Of a DNA stretch of 64,000 nucleotides, positions 26,134-40,770 are shown piece by piece (the first letter of the stretch is position 1; every line of letters starts with the position of its first letter). The notes under the pieces were generated by a model. It did no database searches. It was not told the origin of the DNA and saw nothing but the letters and a program-made list of their open reading frames with translations. Position numbers and translations under genes: made by a program. This stretch comes from Trichosphaerium sp. ATCC 40318 (taxonomy: Eukaryota; Protista; Tubulinea), in NCBI GenBank assembly GCA_038496445.1, contig JALMLS010000255.1, positions 62,001-126,000 on the forward strand, given 5' to 3'.

Positions 26134-28086
26134 ATGGCCGAAAACGATCAATACACACGTCAATCGCTAACAGCAAGCGATGGACCTGCTTTTGCAGCGT
26201 ATTTAAACGATATAGCGTTCAATCGTCCTAAATTAAAACAACCGGAAGGTAAAAACTGTTTTGACGCCATAATATAACATATACAAGGTGGTACTAGAGT
26301 ATCAACTACTTTTCAAGTCGTTGGGGCCGCAACAGCAAAAAACCAAACGGAGGACATTGAAAACAAGTGCGTATTGCTTGTTACTGAAAATTGGATCGTT
26401 TACAAGCACCTAAACGCCCGTATAAAAAAAGTGCGAAACATACTCGTTTGCTGAAAACATAAGCTAACTATGACTTAAGGTTCTTTTTACAACTTCTGAT
26501 GCCTTGAAACAAATGGATTTTGCAGCTCACAAGGTTGGATACCATCACATAGAAGTATTCGATACCCTAGCAACTGGTTCTGTGGAGCTAAAGGCTCTTG
26601 AATTGCATAGCAAGCACAACTTTACACATGTCCGCAAACTGATTTCTGATTATCGTATTAATTACATGCTGTAGGTAATTTGTACTACTGAAGATGATCT
26701 CATACGTACTGCAAAGATGAGAAGAATGTTAAAAATAGAGCGTCCAGGTATCCAAACTGTAGAGAGCGCAATGACATTCCGTGATAAAGTATTGATGAAG
26801 GAACTGTGTAAGGAAAAAGGTATCAAGGTAAACATATAAACAAACTCGTGATTTCTTTTTAGTAACAACACCTGCAGGTCCCAGTGTACGCTACTGTAGA
26901 AGGCCCAGCAGATGTTATAATGTTTACAAATAAGCACGGGTTCCCTGTAGTAGTTAAACCACGAAAAGGATGTGGTTCTATAGGCACAACGGTGTTGCGT
27001 TCAAAACAACGTAAGTTCTTGTATTTCTCAGTTTTTTCTTAACTTGTCACTTAGAGATGGAAGAGTTTATTCTAAACGTTCTTAGTAAGAATGAATTAGA
27101 TGTTTCTCTTGATTTAGAGGTGGAGTGTTTTATACAGGGAAACATGTATCATATTGATGGCTTTGTTTACAAAGGAGTCGTAAAAGCAGTTTGGCCATCA
27201 CAATACACAAACGTTGTGGTTGATTATCAAGCAAACAGGTTTATCGGTGGTTTTTCTCTGGAAGCAAGTAATCCCCTTACAAAACGACTACAACAGTTTG
27301 CTGTTGATGTAATTGGTGCATTAGATTGTCCTGATTCTTTTCCATTCCATTGTGAAGGTAAGCAGAATGCTCGCAACCTCTGTTTGTTTTTTTGATTTAT
27401 TTCCTCAGCGTGGGTTACACCAGAAAATGAGATTGTTCTTTGTGAGATTGCTAGTCGAACACGCACGTAATTTTTTATATTGTTTTGTTTTACTTATTTC
27501 AATTAGCTGGTGGAGGTATAAGACATGAAGTTCTTGAGATGTGGGGTATTATGATGGATAAAACGTGGGTTCAATGTCAATGTGAAGATTTTGTTACAAA
27601 TGAAGATATTAACAAAGATGTTGATTGGACAACTTATCAAAAGAAAGTTGATTATTGCGTTGGATGGTTATTCGCTTATCCACAGACTGGGATATTTGTT
27701 GATTTTCCAGAAGATTGTAAACTAGATTATTGTATAGGGTACTTTAACCTTGAGAGCGAAAAAGGTATGCAGTTAACTGATTTTCTTTCTTTTTTCTGAT
27801 TTGTAAACAATACTTGGATATTTTTCGGGTTTGTTACTGCAGTTAATCCACAAATTAATTACACCTCGAAATGAAGGTCTTTCAAGCTCTAGCCAGTGAC
27901 ACGCACCGATGGTTTTAACTTTTTGTTAACTGAGTGTTAGGTAAACAGTTTTTAAGTAGAAAGTCTTGTGCAGATGCTACTGCATCTATACTTGTGAAAG
28001 GATGTACAGAAAAAGAAGTTCTAGATAATTTAAACAAGGTTTATACATGGTACAATAATTCCTGTGTTTGGAAAGCACTTGAATGA
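26134..28086 (+). CDS. ATP-grasp enzyme (L-amino-acid ligase/carnosine synthase-like)
   Basis: FRDKVLMK, GFPVVVKPRKGCGSIG, VECFIQG.MYHIDG, FHCE, CEIASR. Confidence 0.8.
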
Positions 28087-28275
28087 CCGATATACTGTAA
28101 AAAGAAAGAAAAGAAAAGTACAAATAAATCGTGTTACAACTATTTACTTTCGCTCATAAACAGTTAATAATGATTCCTGACGTTTAAATTGATGTTGATA
28201 CTCCATGATTTATTAGAGAAGCTGTTCACCAGTGTTGTGAAATTTGCCACATATAAGTCTTGTTTCTTCGTTAAA

Positions 28276-29918
28276 CTATTGGTTTAGGCTTTCTATAATA
28301 TCCACAAAATAATTCTCATTCTGTATAGCGTATAGTGCATCAGCGTGAAATAGAGTATCTCCAATTAAACCTTCAACATCTTTGAATGGCTCTCCATTAT
28401 CTGGAAAAGTGTTTTTGTTAGTGCCAAAAATCAAGTTCATAAAAGAAACTGACAAAAAAAAATGCAAAGAAAAAATACCTAGACGTCTAGGATCAACAAT
28501 AAACCGTCCGTTATTCTTGTAGTTGCTTATTCTAATATTATCATCAAAGAATAATTGTCTGGCTCTTGTTTTATCTTCTTTATCAATCAATATGAGCTTT
28601 CCAGAGTCAAAATGTTCAGAACAAGAAGCCCACCTAGTAGTTTTATTAAACAAAACAACAATAATCATTCACAAGCTTATAAACTCACCATGGGTAATAA
28701 TCTCTAAGACCAAGAGATACACCCTTTTTAAATTGTTCTTGCATGAACGTATCGATATTTTTAAACCCGTGATAGATCTTGACAGTTCCTTCGTTGTAAA
28801 ACTTTGAGACATCCTATTGACAATATTTAATACATTCATCATAGAGTACTATCTGTTTTGAAGTTGTATTTAATATGCGTACGCCCTTGTAATCAACCTT
28901 AGGTTGGGCTAGAGTACCCATAATTAAATAGCAATCGTCACTTGATGGACCTCTTCTGAAAAAAGCGCCAATGTTGTTTTCGTTCAGCTATCAATATGTA
29001 AGCAATATATTTCATCTAGAATTGATGCCTTACCGTAATATCGTTATCTTTAGTATTAAATTGTACTCCAGGAAAGCTTGGGTGTTTGCCATTACAAAAC
29101 TTATTGAATTCTTTTGCGACCTAAAAGAGGTATACGATTAGTAAAATTTTGGAAAAAATTAAAGTTATTGCACCTCTGGAAGGTCCTCACCAAACGTTCT
29201 GAAGCAAAGAGCGAAAGGTTTTTTCATTTTTTTAAAATGTATTAACGTTTGATAAAACGCAGGAAGAAGTACAAATCCTTCTGGAAGTTCAAGTTTCTTG
29301 AGTAAAGATTCAAAAACAGGACGGTACCTAAAACAAAAAAAAGTTATTTTTAGCAACATTAAACGATGCTACGTACACGTGACCAGGTTGTCCAGGTTCC
29401 GTGAATATCTTTATAAGGCCTCTACGCTTATTCTTAATTGTCTCTACAACAGAGCTTCTTTCTGACGCTGAACTTGCGTCATTGTTTTTCTTGGGAAGAG
29501 GGTAGCAACTCTAAAGTTGTTAATTTGAAAAAAAAAAAACAGTTTCGGAATCGTACACGCAAAAAATCGTAATAACTGACTGAGGTTTCGCTCTTACGCT
29601 CTCCGGGCTGATTTCCTTCAGGTTCCCATACCTTTTTATCGCCTTTAGTAACTGTGTGGCCCCTTAATTATCAATTAAGCTAAAAACACATGCACAAGAA
29701 CTAACCAGCAACAAGACGCTAGTATAGCGCATAATTCATCCTTTGTGTCTTTACCAGCAGCTATATTTAAGTATTAGTACTGTAACCACCTAAAAACGTA
29801 ATATAAGGCGTATCAAAGCATTTTTCTATTCAGAGATCTCGAATAAAACACAATTACCTTTATCAGCAATCAAGATCGTTCTGTTAACGTCAAATGTTAG
29901 TACAAGTGGTGTAGACAT
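28276..29918 (-). CDS. Uncharacterised protein, HAD-like N-terminal motif (multi-exon)
   Basis: LVLTFDVNRTILIAD, LCFRTFGEDL, QLFFDDNI. Confidence 0.55.
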
Positions 29919-30040
29919 GCTTGAGACAAGTAATAGTGCCTTATCCTTGAAGATTGTAACGGTCAGAGAAAAGTCAGTTTTTGGCCTTTTTTTTGAATTA
30001 TGTAAATTGTCGACAATAAACGAACTCATGGCACGCAATT

Positions 30041-33000
30041 ATGCAAGTAGGTGGTTACGTTAACGACGTTAACGACGTTGCTATCAGTTATTACACTGAA
30101 GAACTACACGCACCCCCAAATACGACACCATGTCCTGAACCAGTTGTAATACAACAATCTGATGGTATACATACGTTATACGATAAGTTAGAACGCGATT
30201 GGAACGAGGAGTATCAAGTATGAGATAAGATCGTTGCCAGCTTTTTGAGTGGTTAATTGTATTTAATTATTAGTCTCTCAAAGAGCAACACTACAGCGAT
30301 AAAAGTAAAGAGCTAGAGAGAACGCGGCAATTACGACATTTGAGCGAAGTATAAATAATTAAATACCTATCAATGCGCTTATCATACTCACAGGAGTTTT
30401 CTGCGTGCGCCACAAAGACTGCTAAGCGAATTATATCAGAAGTTCACTTGCCCGACTCAAGAAAAACTATTAAGCCTGTTACAAAGTACGACACCTCATT
30501 TCAACGCGTTTGAAAATACAATTGACTCTTCAGATCAATTTTATTAATTTCCTTCGTTTTAGTCAAGTCGGTGGCGCTGCTGGTGGTGTTAAAGTGCGCA
30601 TCATATTATTGTATACGCCTTGAGAACAAAAACGGTTTTTTATCTTGACGTTCACCTCCTTGAGAGGTTTTTTTGCGTTTTTTTTTTCTTTTTTTTCTTT
30701 TTTTTTTTTATTGTGTTTCTTATTTTTTGTTCTTTTACAGTTTTTCCACAATTCCATCTTCTTCAAGTTCCCAAGTGATAATAGAGGTATATATCAAAAC
30801 CAAGATGGTATAAGAAAGGCGTGTGGACATGAATTGAAGGGTTTAATGTGCTTGATGGACTGTCGTGTCAAAGGTAAGACGAAATTAAAAAATCATTTTT
30901 TGAGCTCACTGTGGAAAAAAACCAGATTGATTGTTTAAGCGACCTTGCCATTTTCTTTTGAAATTATCTTTATGTTTTTGTACACCCATGTATATAGCGA
31001 ATCACTCAATTGGTTAATAACAAAGTGCACTTTTGCTTATTTGTTTTTCAAACCAAAACTTTTCTTCGAAAAATACTGGTAACTAACGTTATGTTTTTCT
31101 TTTCAGCGTTATGTTTTCCTTTGATGACTATTATTGATTATCGAGGGTGGCGTCTTCTAGCAGAAGCTATACTACCTATTGATAAACAAACTGTTATTTA
31201 TGGGTCAGCTGATGGCGCTCAGACTATTCATAATAGTAATGATGAAATGGACGAGAAAATGGGGATAGTCGCGAAAATTCTGAATTTAGAACCTGAAGAG
31301 GTCTGGAATCGGGATAAGACCAAGAAAACGAGGTTACATGTATCTTGTGATATCGAAGGGCATCATGGACGAGATCATAGGTTTTACCTAATAGGTACAC
31401 CTCTTTAACAAGTCAATTTTTTTCAAAAATATCCGTCTTTACTTTTTTGGTTTAAAATCGATCGTTTACTCTCTTTGTTTCGTCTGTAATTTAATGTGTG
31501 TTTTTTTATAGATACTGCACGTGTTATGCCACCGGCTGAACCTATAGTTGGTATTAAAGGTGGATTTCTTTTTCAACAACTTCGACCTGAACTTGTTGTT
31601 ATGAATTCTGATAGTCTTTGTGCTGATGCTTTTTCTGGGTTTACTATATGTAATGCAAAAACACATAAGAAACGTATATGTGATGCAACAAGAAGATTAA
31701 CTAATCAAATCATACCACACTTTGGTCAAGAATTGATGAGAGATAGAAACTTCTTGAGTAAGCTTAATGATCCAGCTAATTACGTTTTTCAGCATTTAAT
31801 CACTGCGTTACATCAGCATGGTATAAATGTTCGGTATTTGGTGCGTCTCAGTCTTCTTTTAGCAGCGGTTTTTTACGGTTTCAAACAAAAGAAAATGTTG
31901 ACTGCTATTTCACCTGTTTTCCCTTTTTTTTGGCTTTGTCTTTTCTTCTCCCTGGGTAGGCTAAATTTTCTTTAGGCTGTGTTACGGAATAGTGTACAAG
32001 GCGAAGAATTGAGAAAGTTTTTGATGACTGAGATGGTTGCACGTGTGCTTAAACATGAACTTCGTTCAAAAATGAGGGAACTTACACAAACAAATGACAA
32101 GGACTTTTTTGTGCTTGTAGCTGACTTCTGTAACTTGGTTCGTATTCTTTCCTACACTAGTTTAAGCGGATACTTGTGTTAGTACTTACTTATTGCGTAC
32201 ACTAGGTGTTTCAAGATCACCACGACTCGTTCATGCTTTGGTCAACAACAATACATGATGAACTAAAAAGTCGGTTTGTTGGATGGGATTTAGAGTCTAC
32301 ACAGTCTACTTATCTTAACCAAACATGTGTTCTCCCTTTTCATACGTTTAAACGGCTTATGGCTCTAGCGTGTTTTTCTATTTCGAAGGAACGTGAAGAG
32401 TATTTGAAGATGAATTGGAAAAAATTGATTTCGGGGCGTGGTGATGTCTTATTACGGGCAGCTGATGTAACCAGTCTTGATCCTAAGGTTAAGCATATAC
32501 ATAGGTTGTATTTTGAAGAAGCTACAGCTATGGCACATTATGCTATGAAAACTAGAAATCAAAAGAACAAAAAACAATTATTTAAAAAAGCTGTTCAAGG
32601 TTTTGGAACTGCTATTCGTGCTAAGCCTGGTGATTTTAGAGCACATCATAATCTTGGTATATCTTACCTATACTTAGCAAAGAATATGACAAAGCTAGAT
32701 AAAACAAATATTGAGGTACGGCAAGTCTAAGAAAGGAAGAAAAAAAAGAAGTTCCTCAGAACTTTTTTTCGTCTTACCTGGTGTTAACTGCTTTCTGCTG
32801 TAGGTTGCGGATCAGAATAAGCTGCAACAGGCCCGTCATTTCCTTGAGAAGTCTGTTTCAATGAGACCTAGAGCTGATACTTTTATTCATTTGGCGGACT
32901 GTTGTGTTGAAATTGCAAAAACTCATCACTCTCAAAAAAAGGCAGTTGATAGTTTGAACAAGGCTTTTACTCACTTTAAGAGCGCTTATAATTTAAAAAA

Positions 33001-35690
33001 GACTGCTGGTCTTTTTCTTAGTTGGGGTAATGCTATAATGCAATGTGCGAAGGTACATCTTATTTGGGATAAAACACGTGATGACAAGGAAAAAGAACTT
33101 TATGTTGAGGCTTGTTCTTTTTTCAAAAAAGCTCATGCCCTTGGTAAGAAAAATCATACTATCTTGGTTCAGTGGGCTCTAGCACTTCATAAGATGGCTC
33201 TTATGTGCGGAGCACAACAAAGAGATGTCTTATTTTCGAAGGCTATCAGGAAATTCGAAGAAGCAGCAAGTCTTAAAGGAAATTATGAGACTTTTTGGCA
33301 TTGGGCTAATACGTTGTATCGTCATGCACGATGTCTTATTGCTGATTGTACTGAAAAAGCGTCAGAGGATAAAGAGTATAGAACAATGATTTTATCAATA
33401 TTAGGATCAGCAGCTGATAAATACAGACGGTACTTGAGCTTACTAAACAAAAAGTTTTAAATCGCTAAACGAAAAAAAAGTTTGGTTGGATTTTTTTTTG
33501 CACGTGTTTTGTTTCGCTTACCTTAATTTTGTAGAACAATTCAAGCAAGGCCTACGTATAATAAGGCTATTTCAAATTGGGCAAAGGTATTAACGTCTAT
33601 TTGGGATATATCAGCGAGGTTTGGGACTCCTCAGAAACAAATAGATCGAGGTTTTGTTGAACAAGTGAAGGTTTTTTTGAAAGAGTATCACAAGGTTCAT
33701 GTACCAGCTAATCAACGTGGTATACTTTTAAAACAGATTACTGGACTTCATCCTGATGTTAAATCTATTGTTGATAATCTTTCACAGCCTCCTGTGAAAC
33801 ACTCACCAAAACCATTTCAAAATGGATGGCAAACTTCACATTCTCAAGAAGCTCCTAAGAGAAGTCACTCTTCAAATGTATCAAGACAACTTTTCACATC
33901 AGCTTCTGTTGGTACTTATGATGATGAACCAAAGGCAAAACGACGGAAGATTACGAAGGTACTAAGGCTTTTTCTTCTTTCGTTCAAAGAGTTTTTCTGG
34001 AAATTTTCTTGTTCTTGTTCTTTGTTCGCTGACTCTTTTTTGCCAAAGACTGAGTCACCTGACGATGATATTATTTCTATGACTCAAGATAGTCAGACGG
34101 CTGGAGAATACAGTCTTTTTCATTCTACACAACCAGCCTCACAACAATCTGAATGTTCTCAGCTTGGTTCTCAACTTGGATCACAACTTGTTTTTCAAAT
34201 GCCTGTATCTCAGACGAATTCTCAGCCAGATAACATTGTCAAAAGACGTCCAAGGCTTTCAAAGAATACACTTATGCTAAGAACACCTCTTCCTAAAGGC
34301 TATGAATTTATCAGAGTTTTGAAAGAGAACGCTGACTCGAAGGTACTTTAATGAGTTTGTTTTTTTTTTTGCTTAACGAAAATTCAATAGTATATTTTGG
34401 CGACCAGGAGTAATAGCTCTTTTGTTCAAACTGATGAAGTGTGTATCAAAGTGTATCTTAAGAATAGGATAAAATATGTCGAGCTAGAACTTAAAGAGGA
34501 ACTTCCATACGTCATTCCTATAAGGGAGCAACACAACGTGCGTTTTTTTTTGGTTTCACGTTTGAGATATTTATTTGGGCTGTAGGAAGATACTCATTAC
34601 TATTTTGTTATGGATTATGTTTCGGGCATACCATTGGATAAGTATTTACTTAAAAAGGGCCGATTGGAACACACTTTGCTTGTCAAATTCACAGCACAAA
34701 TCGTTTTGACTCTTGAAAAAATGCATTTGTTAGAGTGTAATTATTTTGAATTACGGCCGTCAAAGATGATTGTTGATAGTGATGGTAACTTGGCTATTAT
34801 CCCTCCTTTTACTGTGAAAGGTAATTTACCATCTTCTGATGCTGAAGAAGCTTGCCAGTACTCAGGTATGTCCACGTGCTCCCAGGAATATTACATTTTT
34901 TTGTGAGTTTGAAAATCAGTTTCTTACCGACTATCCTAGCTCCTGAGGTTCTTGAGGCTACGGTTTTAGATTGGTCTAAATGTGATTGGTGGTTGTTAGG
35001 TATATTGATATATCAATTTTCCATTGGTAATGTACGTACACAAATGAGAAAAAAAGAAGAAACTACAATTAAAACACAACGTTTTTTTTAACAACCTTGG
35101 TTTGTAATGGTTTGGTTTTACTTATTTTTTCAAGACGCCATTTAGAGGGCAAACACCAAAGGACACAGTACGAGCATAAGAGATTTTTTTTTCTTTCTCA
35201 TTCCACTCCACCTTCATGTTTGTTGTTGTTGACATTTTCTCTTTTTTTTCTCAGGTTGACAAAGTTTTGGCTTGTAAACTGGTATTCCCAACTGATCTAT
35301 CTCAAGTTACAGTTGCACTCATAAGAAAGGTATTTTAATTTAGAATAATCAGTACTATTTTAGCCTATTTTTTGGGTCTTCTATTACCGGAAAGACACGT
35401 GAAATCATGCCTTGTTAATATGTTTTTTTTAGTTGCTTACAATTGATCCAAATGAGCGGTTATGTGATACAGAAGCTATTAAATCAGATCCTTTCTTTGA
35501 TGGAATTAATTGGGAATCATTAGAGAATAAAGTGAGGAAGAAACAAAAACGTGAGGATGTTTATGTTATGCCTGATATTATAGAATCTGCATCACAAGAA
35601 AATAATGGATTTTCATTGATTGGTTTCTCTTTTGCTGGTGATGTTACTACGTCTCCTGTAAAATCTCAAGACCCTTTTTCACAACAGTGA
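30041..35690 (+). CDS. CLU domain, TPR repeats, SQ/TQ-rich linker, AGC-like pseudokinase
   Basis: IDYRGWRL, IYGSADG, DIEGHHGRD.RFY.IDTAR, LRPEL, LHQHGINVRYLG, EMVAR; TPR helices; MDYVSG, APE, DWW.LGILIY, LT.DPNERL, FFDGINW, GFSF. Confidence 0.75.
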
Positions 35691-36939
35691 AATGTACAAT
35701 AATATTATAGCGTCTGTATACATACGTATAGTCGTGCTAAATTAAATAAAAAACGAATTAAACAAAGATTGTGAGGTTTTATTTTTTGTTTTTTTTTTCT
35801 TATTGTACAGTTTCTCCTATCTGTATTGGTTTTAGATAAGTTCACGTCCATGTTTCTCCTGGAAATGTGCTTGATAATTAGTGTGAGATAGTACTTCTTT
35901 ACACCCAGGGTGAGCACATTCAAATACGTTGTTCTAAAAGTTAAAGTCAACTCAAGGTACAGTCGTTAAAATGTTTTCACTGAAAAAAAAAGCTCTGGTG
36001 CATGTGCAGTACCTCACATCGCTTCACGTGGTCGCTCATTTCGTCCCGTGGGAGTGTAACACCACAGTTTAGATAACAAGGAATGATACTACCACAAAAC
36101 GTTAAAAAATCTCACAACAGCTTTTGTAAATCGCACCTCTTTTTACAAAACGATTCATGATCACCTCTGTTTGCTCTGTAACAAAAACTGAGTAAATTCA
36201 AGCCCGAAAACGTTTATTTTGTTTTCTAACGTACTCTTTTAGCTTCGATCCACACTCGCAGATATAGTCATACGCTTTAAAAAGGAGTAAACAAGTGTGA
36301 GATGCCGCAGAAGAAAAAAAAAAGTTGCCAAAGGATTTTTTTTCTTACTCTGTTTTGATAAATTACGGAGCATCTGGAGGTCGTTACGTCTTTTGTGGTA
36401 ATCAAGGTTATGTAAAAAACCGCTCTCATTAAGCTCTTTCAACGCTGAAAGCTCGACATCATATTCTTCTGTTGTTTTCATTGTACATACTCTAGACATT
36501 GTTGATATTGATCGCTGGTTGTAAATGTTATGCTTTTTCGCTTTGTTAGGATTTGTCAACTGGGTTTCTCATGGAAATTTCGAATATTTTCAAATCCGCG
36601 ATTTTAGAAGAAAAACTGTCTTTTTTTAAGTCAATTTCGCTGTGGCTTTTGTTGGTGTTAGGAACTTCCCTTTAACTCCAAATGGATCAATGCTGGAATA
36701 ATAGTATTAATACTTACGTGACACTTAATAGTTCTTTATTGTAAGGAACAAGTATCGTCAACGAATCGGCCGAGACTGTATTTCTGAATAAGAACTGCAA
36801 ATTGAGAAACAATAGACAATTTATTTATCATCATAGTACATTGTGTGCCGCAGAATATTGTACCAAACTGTCGTTCTTTCAAGATCATTAAGTATTGGTC
36901 CTTGCCTATTAAACACTAGGAATCCAGTCCTTCTTCTTG

Positions 36940-38030
36940 TCATTCTGAAAAACGTACACAAAGTGCACTGTATCTGTAGTAATAGTAGTTTCCTAAAGTA
37001 CTTTTGTAAGTCGTAACCCTTAACCCCAACTTTTTTTTGGATTGGTTAATGTACATACCGCAGTCTCCGTTTCCGTACATAAAATGGCCCACACATTCAG
37101 CATCACCAAAGAAAGATTCACTATTCCCCTGATTCCACTCTTCTTTTACAGGTTCAGCGAATGCTTGCAACACAACTACATTTTGCGCCAAAGGGACTGC
37201 TATCGTAAGAGGATAGTCCCGAGAATAATCGCCTATCCAGCATTCTTTCTTGATTAAAAACACACGTAAGCATAGAAACCAAAGTATAATAAATAAAATA
37301 ATATTTAATTTAAATAAATAATAAATTAAAAAAGAGATTAAAATTTGTGCAGAAACAAGGGTTTTTTTTTGTAACTTACTTGATATTTGCTTATGTAGTT
37401 TTCCCAAATATCGGATGCTGATAACACCCTAGTAGTAATAGGCGTTGCAGTAACTGAGAATCCTTTGGCTTTTTTAATAAGTTGATAAATAATAGCATCT
37501 CGTCCATGTAGAAGCGGGCCAGACTCATTATCAAGTGACTTAATACTATACATAAAAATCAGAAAAATAAAGGAAAAAAAAGTATACAAAGAAACGAGTA
37601 CCTGAATTGATTCTTTAGCAATAAGATCATACCCTTCGGTTGAGGGTCTTTTGAAAACTTGTGGGACGCAAGAAATTCAAGCTTACTTGTTAGTAGGTTG
37701 GTTGCATTAGGTAGAGGGAAATCTTGTATTTCAAGACTTCTCAAGACATGATCACTAAAGCAACACAGTAACCAGTTTTTAAAGGCTGTACATTATGAGG
37801 AACACATGATAGCCAAGTTATATAAGACATCAATCCGTTATGCTTTGACGGGTCAACAACACGCCATAAAGTACAATCTCACCGCCAGTAAAAGCAGTGG
37901 GAAACTGCAGTGTTATAGTGCCAATCTGTTCAGTACAGTATTGAGAATCAACATAGTTTACTATCACTGAATAGAATACTCGCCTTTTTTCCAACTCTTT
38001 GCCTTCGGTAGACGCACCAATAGCTGACAC
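36940..38030 (-). pseudogene. Fragmentary gene, possibly 2OG-Fe(II) oxygenase-like
   Basis: IGTITLQFPTAFTGGEI motif and coding-like fragments; no continuous spliced frame recovered. Confidence 0.3.
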
Positions 38031-38183
38031 ATTCTGTACGGCACTGTGTTAGCAGCTAATTCTCTGTGGATGCAAGTACATACATCTTTATAAATGCAGC
38101 ACGTGATTGGTTTAGTAAGTTAACACCATTGCTGGTTCTTGGTTCCACGTGTGTTTTTTTTTGTTGCAAAGCCGGCATTCTTT

Positions 38184-38549
38184 ATGGCAGAGACTTCTTA
38201 AACTGCTAACAACATGTAACTACGGCGCCAGCCGTCAACGGCCTACACAAGACTCTGTACTAAATTAAAGCGGCGGACTCTTGTCTGACCTTAAGCACAA
38301 AACAGACGAAGATTGTTGGATTATTTTGAACGGTAATGTTTACAATGTTACTGAGTACTAGATTACCACCCTGGAGGTACAATCACTGCAATAATCTCCT
38401 AACACTTCTTCAGGACGTCCTAAATTAATGAAGGCAGCGGGCAAAGATGCCACCAGCTTATTGAACAAATATCACGCTTGGGTGGACTACCCCTTGCTAC
38501 TAAAACCGTGTCTGATCGGCCTCTCGATAAATCAGCACCATCAGCGTAA
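38184..38549 (+). pseudogene. Cytochrome b5-like heme-binding domain, frameshifted
   Basis: HKTDEDCWIILNGNVYNVTEY-(1-nt shift)-DYHPGG...LMKAAGKDATSLLNKYHAWV. Confidence 0.8.
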
Positions 38550-38619
38550 AAAATGAGCATCAAATGTACAGTACATCAATATAAGATCAATCTTAATCCG
38601 AAGGTTGGAAATATGGAAA

Positions 38620-40000
38620 CTCAACTATTTATTAAGTAACATGCTAGGTACAGAGCGTTACAAACAAAGTATAAAAACAAGATATGGAAGCATTGTGTGA
38701 GTTCCATTGCCAAAAAAATGAAAATCTCCAGCTCCAAAGTGTAGTCGTGAACATCCTGACAAGAAAAACCGTTGAGGGGCAAAAAATTCAAGTGATTTAA
38801 ACTGTACAGTAATCCTAGCTTGTATTGTAGGTAAATAAGGATCAATATAATAACAATAACTAATAAATCAACGAAAAACTTGTTCGATTGCTGAACAGCT
38901 TCTCGCTCTATTCTTTATTGTGTTGTCTTCTTTTCGTGAACATAATTTATTTGATCTTATAATCTATAATCTACTTACAACAATAAAGAGTCACTTTAAA
39001 CTCTGAACCATCAACTTGGGAACAAATGCCTCAAGTAAGAAAATTATGAGAAAATAAAACACTTTTTTATTGTATTGTACATCGCTTATGATCATGCTTG
39101 TGAATACAACGATGTACAGCGCAAACCTCATCAAGAACTATAAAGCCAAGTCAATAAGGTTAAAAATTGAGATAAAGTTTAATACGTTCTGTTACACCAC
39201 AACCACGAACCAGATCAACTTCAACATAACTAAAAGCCTATCCCAAAAAAAAAAAGATGTAAGCTAAACATTTGATGTTATTCGTCAATGTACCTTAATT
39301 TTTTTTGCTAAATCAATACCTTGTGACCAACTTATACGAGGCTTACCCTTATTATTGTTTTTAGCTTCTTCGAAATTGTTTTGGTTGTCGAGTTGCATGG
39401 GGACCAAAGTGATTTAAATATGTACCTCAAAAATAGCTCTAACTCTTGTATCTTGATTTAAGCCAACAAGAATACGTGGCACAAGAAGTTGTCCGCGATC
39501 AGATAACTCTGGTATCCACTACCCAATTAAATAAGCACATAAATCCAATATATAGACAGTTATTGTACGCACTCTAGATATAATACTCTCATATGATTTA
39601 TAGATATCAATGGAGAAGCAAACTAAGAAAACATCCTATGCTTACAACCGTCATCCAAAACAGAGCGTTTTAAGCTTGTGCAACAATCGAAAAGAAAATT
39701 ACCGTGCTAAGATAAGTAGGAGTCATAAACTGAGCCAACTCTGGGTCACTACGTGTATCGCATATTTCTGCAATACAATAATCATTTTTTGTATCAAAAA
39801 AAAAAAAAACACAGTTACGACCACGTGTAACACAAACCCAGAAATCTAAAAATACACTCCGCATAGGTACCTAAAGCAAACGGGTCTTTGCGAATCGTAA
39901 TTGGATAATAACATGTCTGTACAACCGCGTGGGCGTAATAAGGTAAAATATCTCCAATAACCCGTCCATAATTAAATACCTGATCAATACCCCATATTAG
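38620..40000 (-). pseudogene. Degraded multi-pass membrane protein gene
   Basis: Hydrophobic coding-like fragments with in-frame stops; its 3' end is re-copied at 42128-42322. Confidence 0.3.
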
Positions 40001-40770
40001 ATGCGTTTTGCCTTAAGTTTGTTAGTTAATAGCATAGTTTTCGTGTTTATTTATGTGTTACCTACGTGGTCACCACAAGCCACAACCTTAATATCACTGG
40101 GGGTATCAGATGTCATTTGTATTCGCCTTACCGTTTAATGTTCACTTAACCAATTTTAACGAACTTATGAAGGAATATGCAAATAACCCTAGTGCTGCTA
40201 ATGACTTGGTCTTAAGCTGAGTTGAGTAGTGAAAACTTGATAAAGCCTATTGGTGTGCTTGGGCTCGTGAAGAAGTAGGAATTGAAAAAGTCCTGTGTGT
40301 TCTTCAAGCAACATCATTGCAGAAGCCCATCCTTGTATGACGGTGCTATAACAAATAATGCCGCTAGCACCATAACTTGACGTAATAGAGGAGCATCTGC
40401 AGCTCTGTATGAAGGATTTTGAAGGTTGTTCCATTACCATCTCCTTGGTACATTCGGCGGATTGTTGTTTCAAGCACTGGACTATCCTTAACGATTTTGA
40501 CAAGTACTGAAGAATTACCTCTGCAATTACCATCTAAAAAACAGAACAGGCACGTGTTTTTCTCAGGAGGTCAAAAAAAAAAAGTTGTGATTTAGGACCT
40601 CAAGCAAGAGTGGTAGGTGTACTACGGCTGTAAAAAGCGATTCACGTCTTTTTAAGCGTTTTAATCTACAAACGAACACTCTTCCGTTTTAATTTTGTTT
40701 GGATGGCATTAGAACGCAACGTACCAAGTAATAGTACAAACGTTAGTGTCTAACGAGAGAAAGTAGTTAA

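Noticed and set aside
30650-30740. Lys-rich or Phe-rich ORFs
   Set aside because: Translations of poly-T intron tracts
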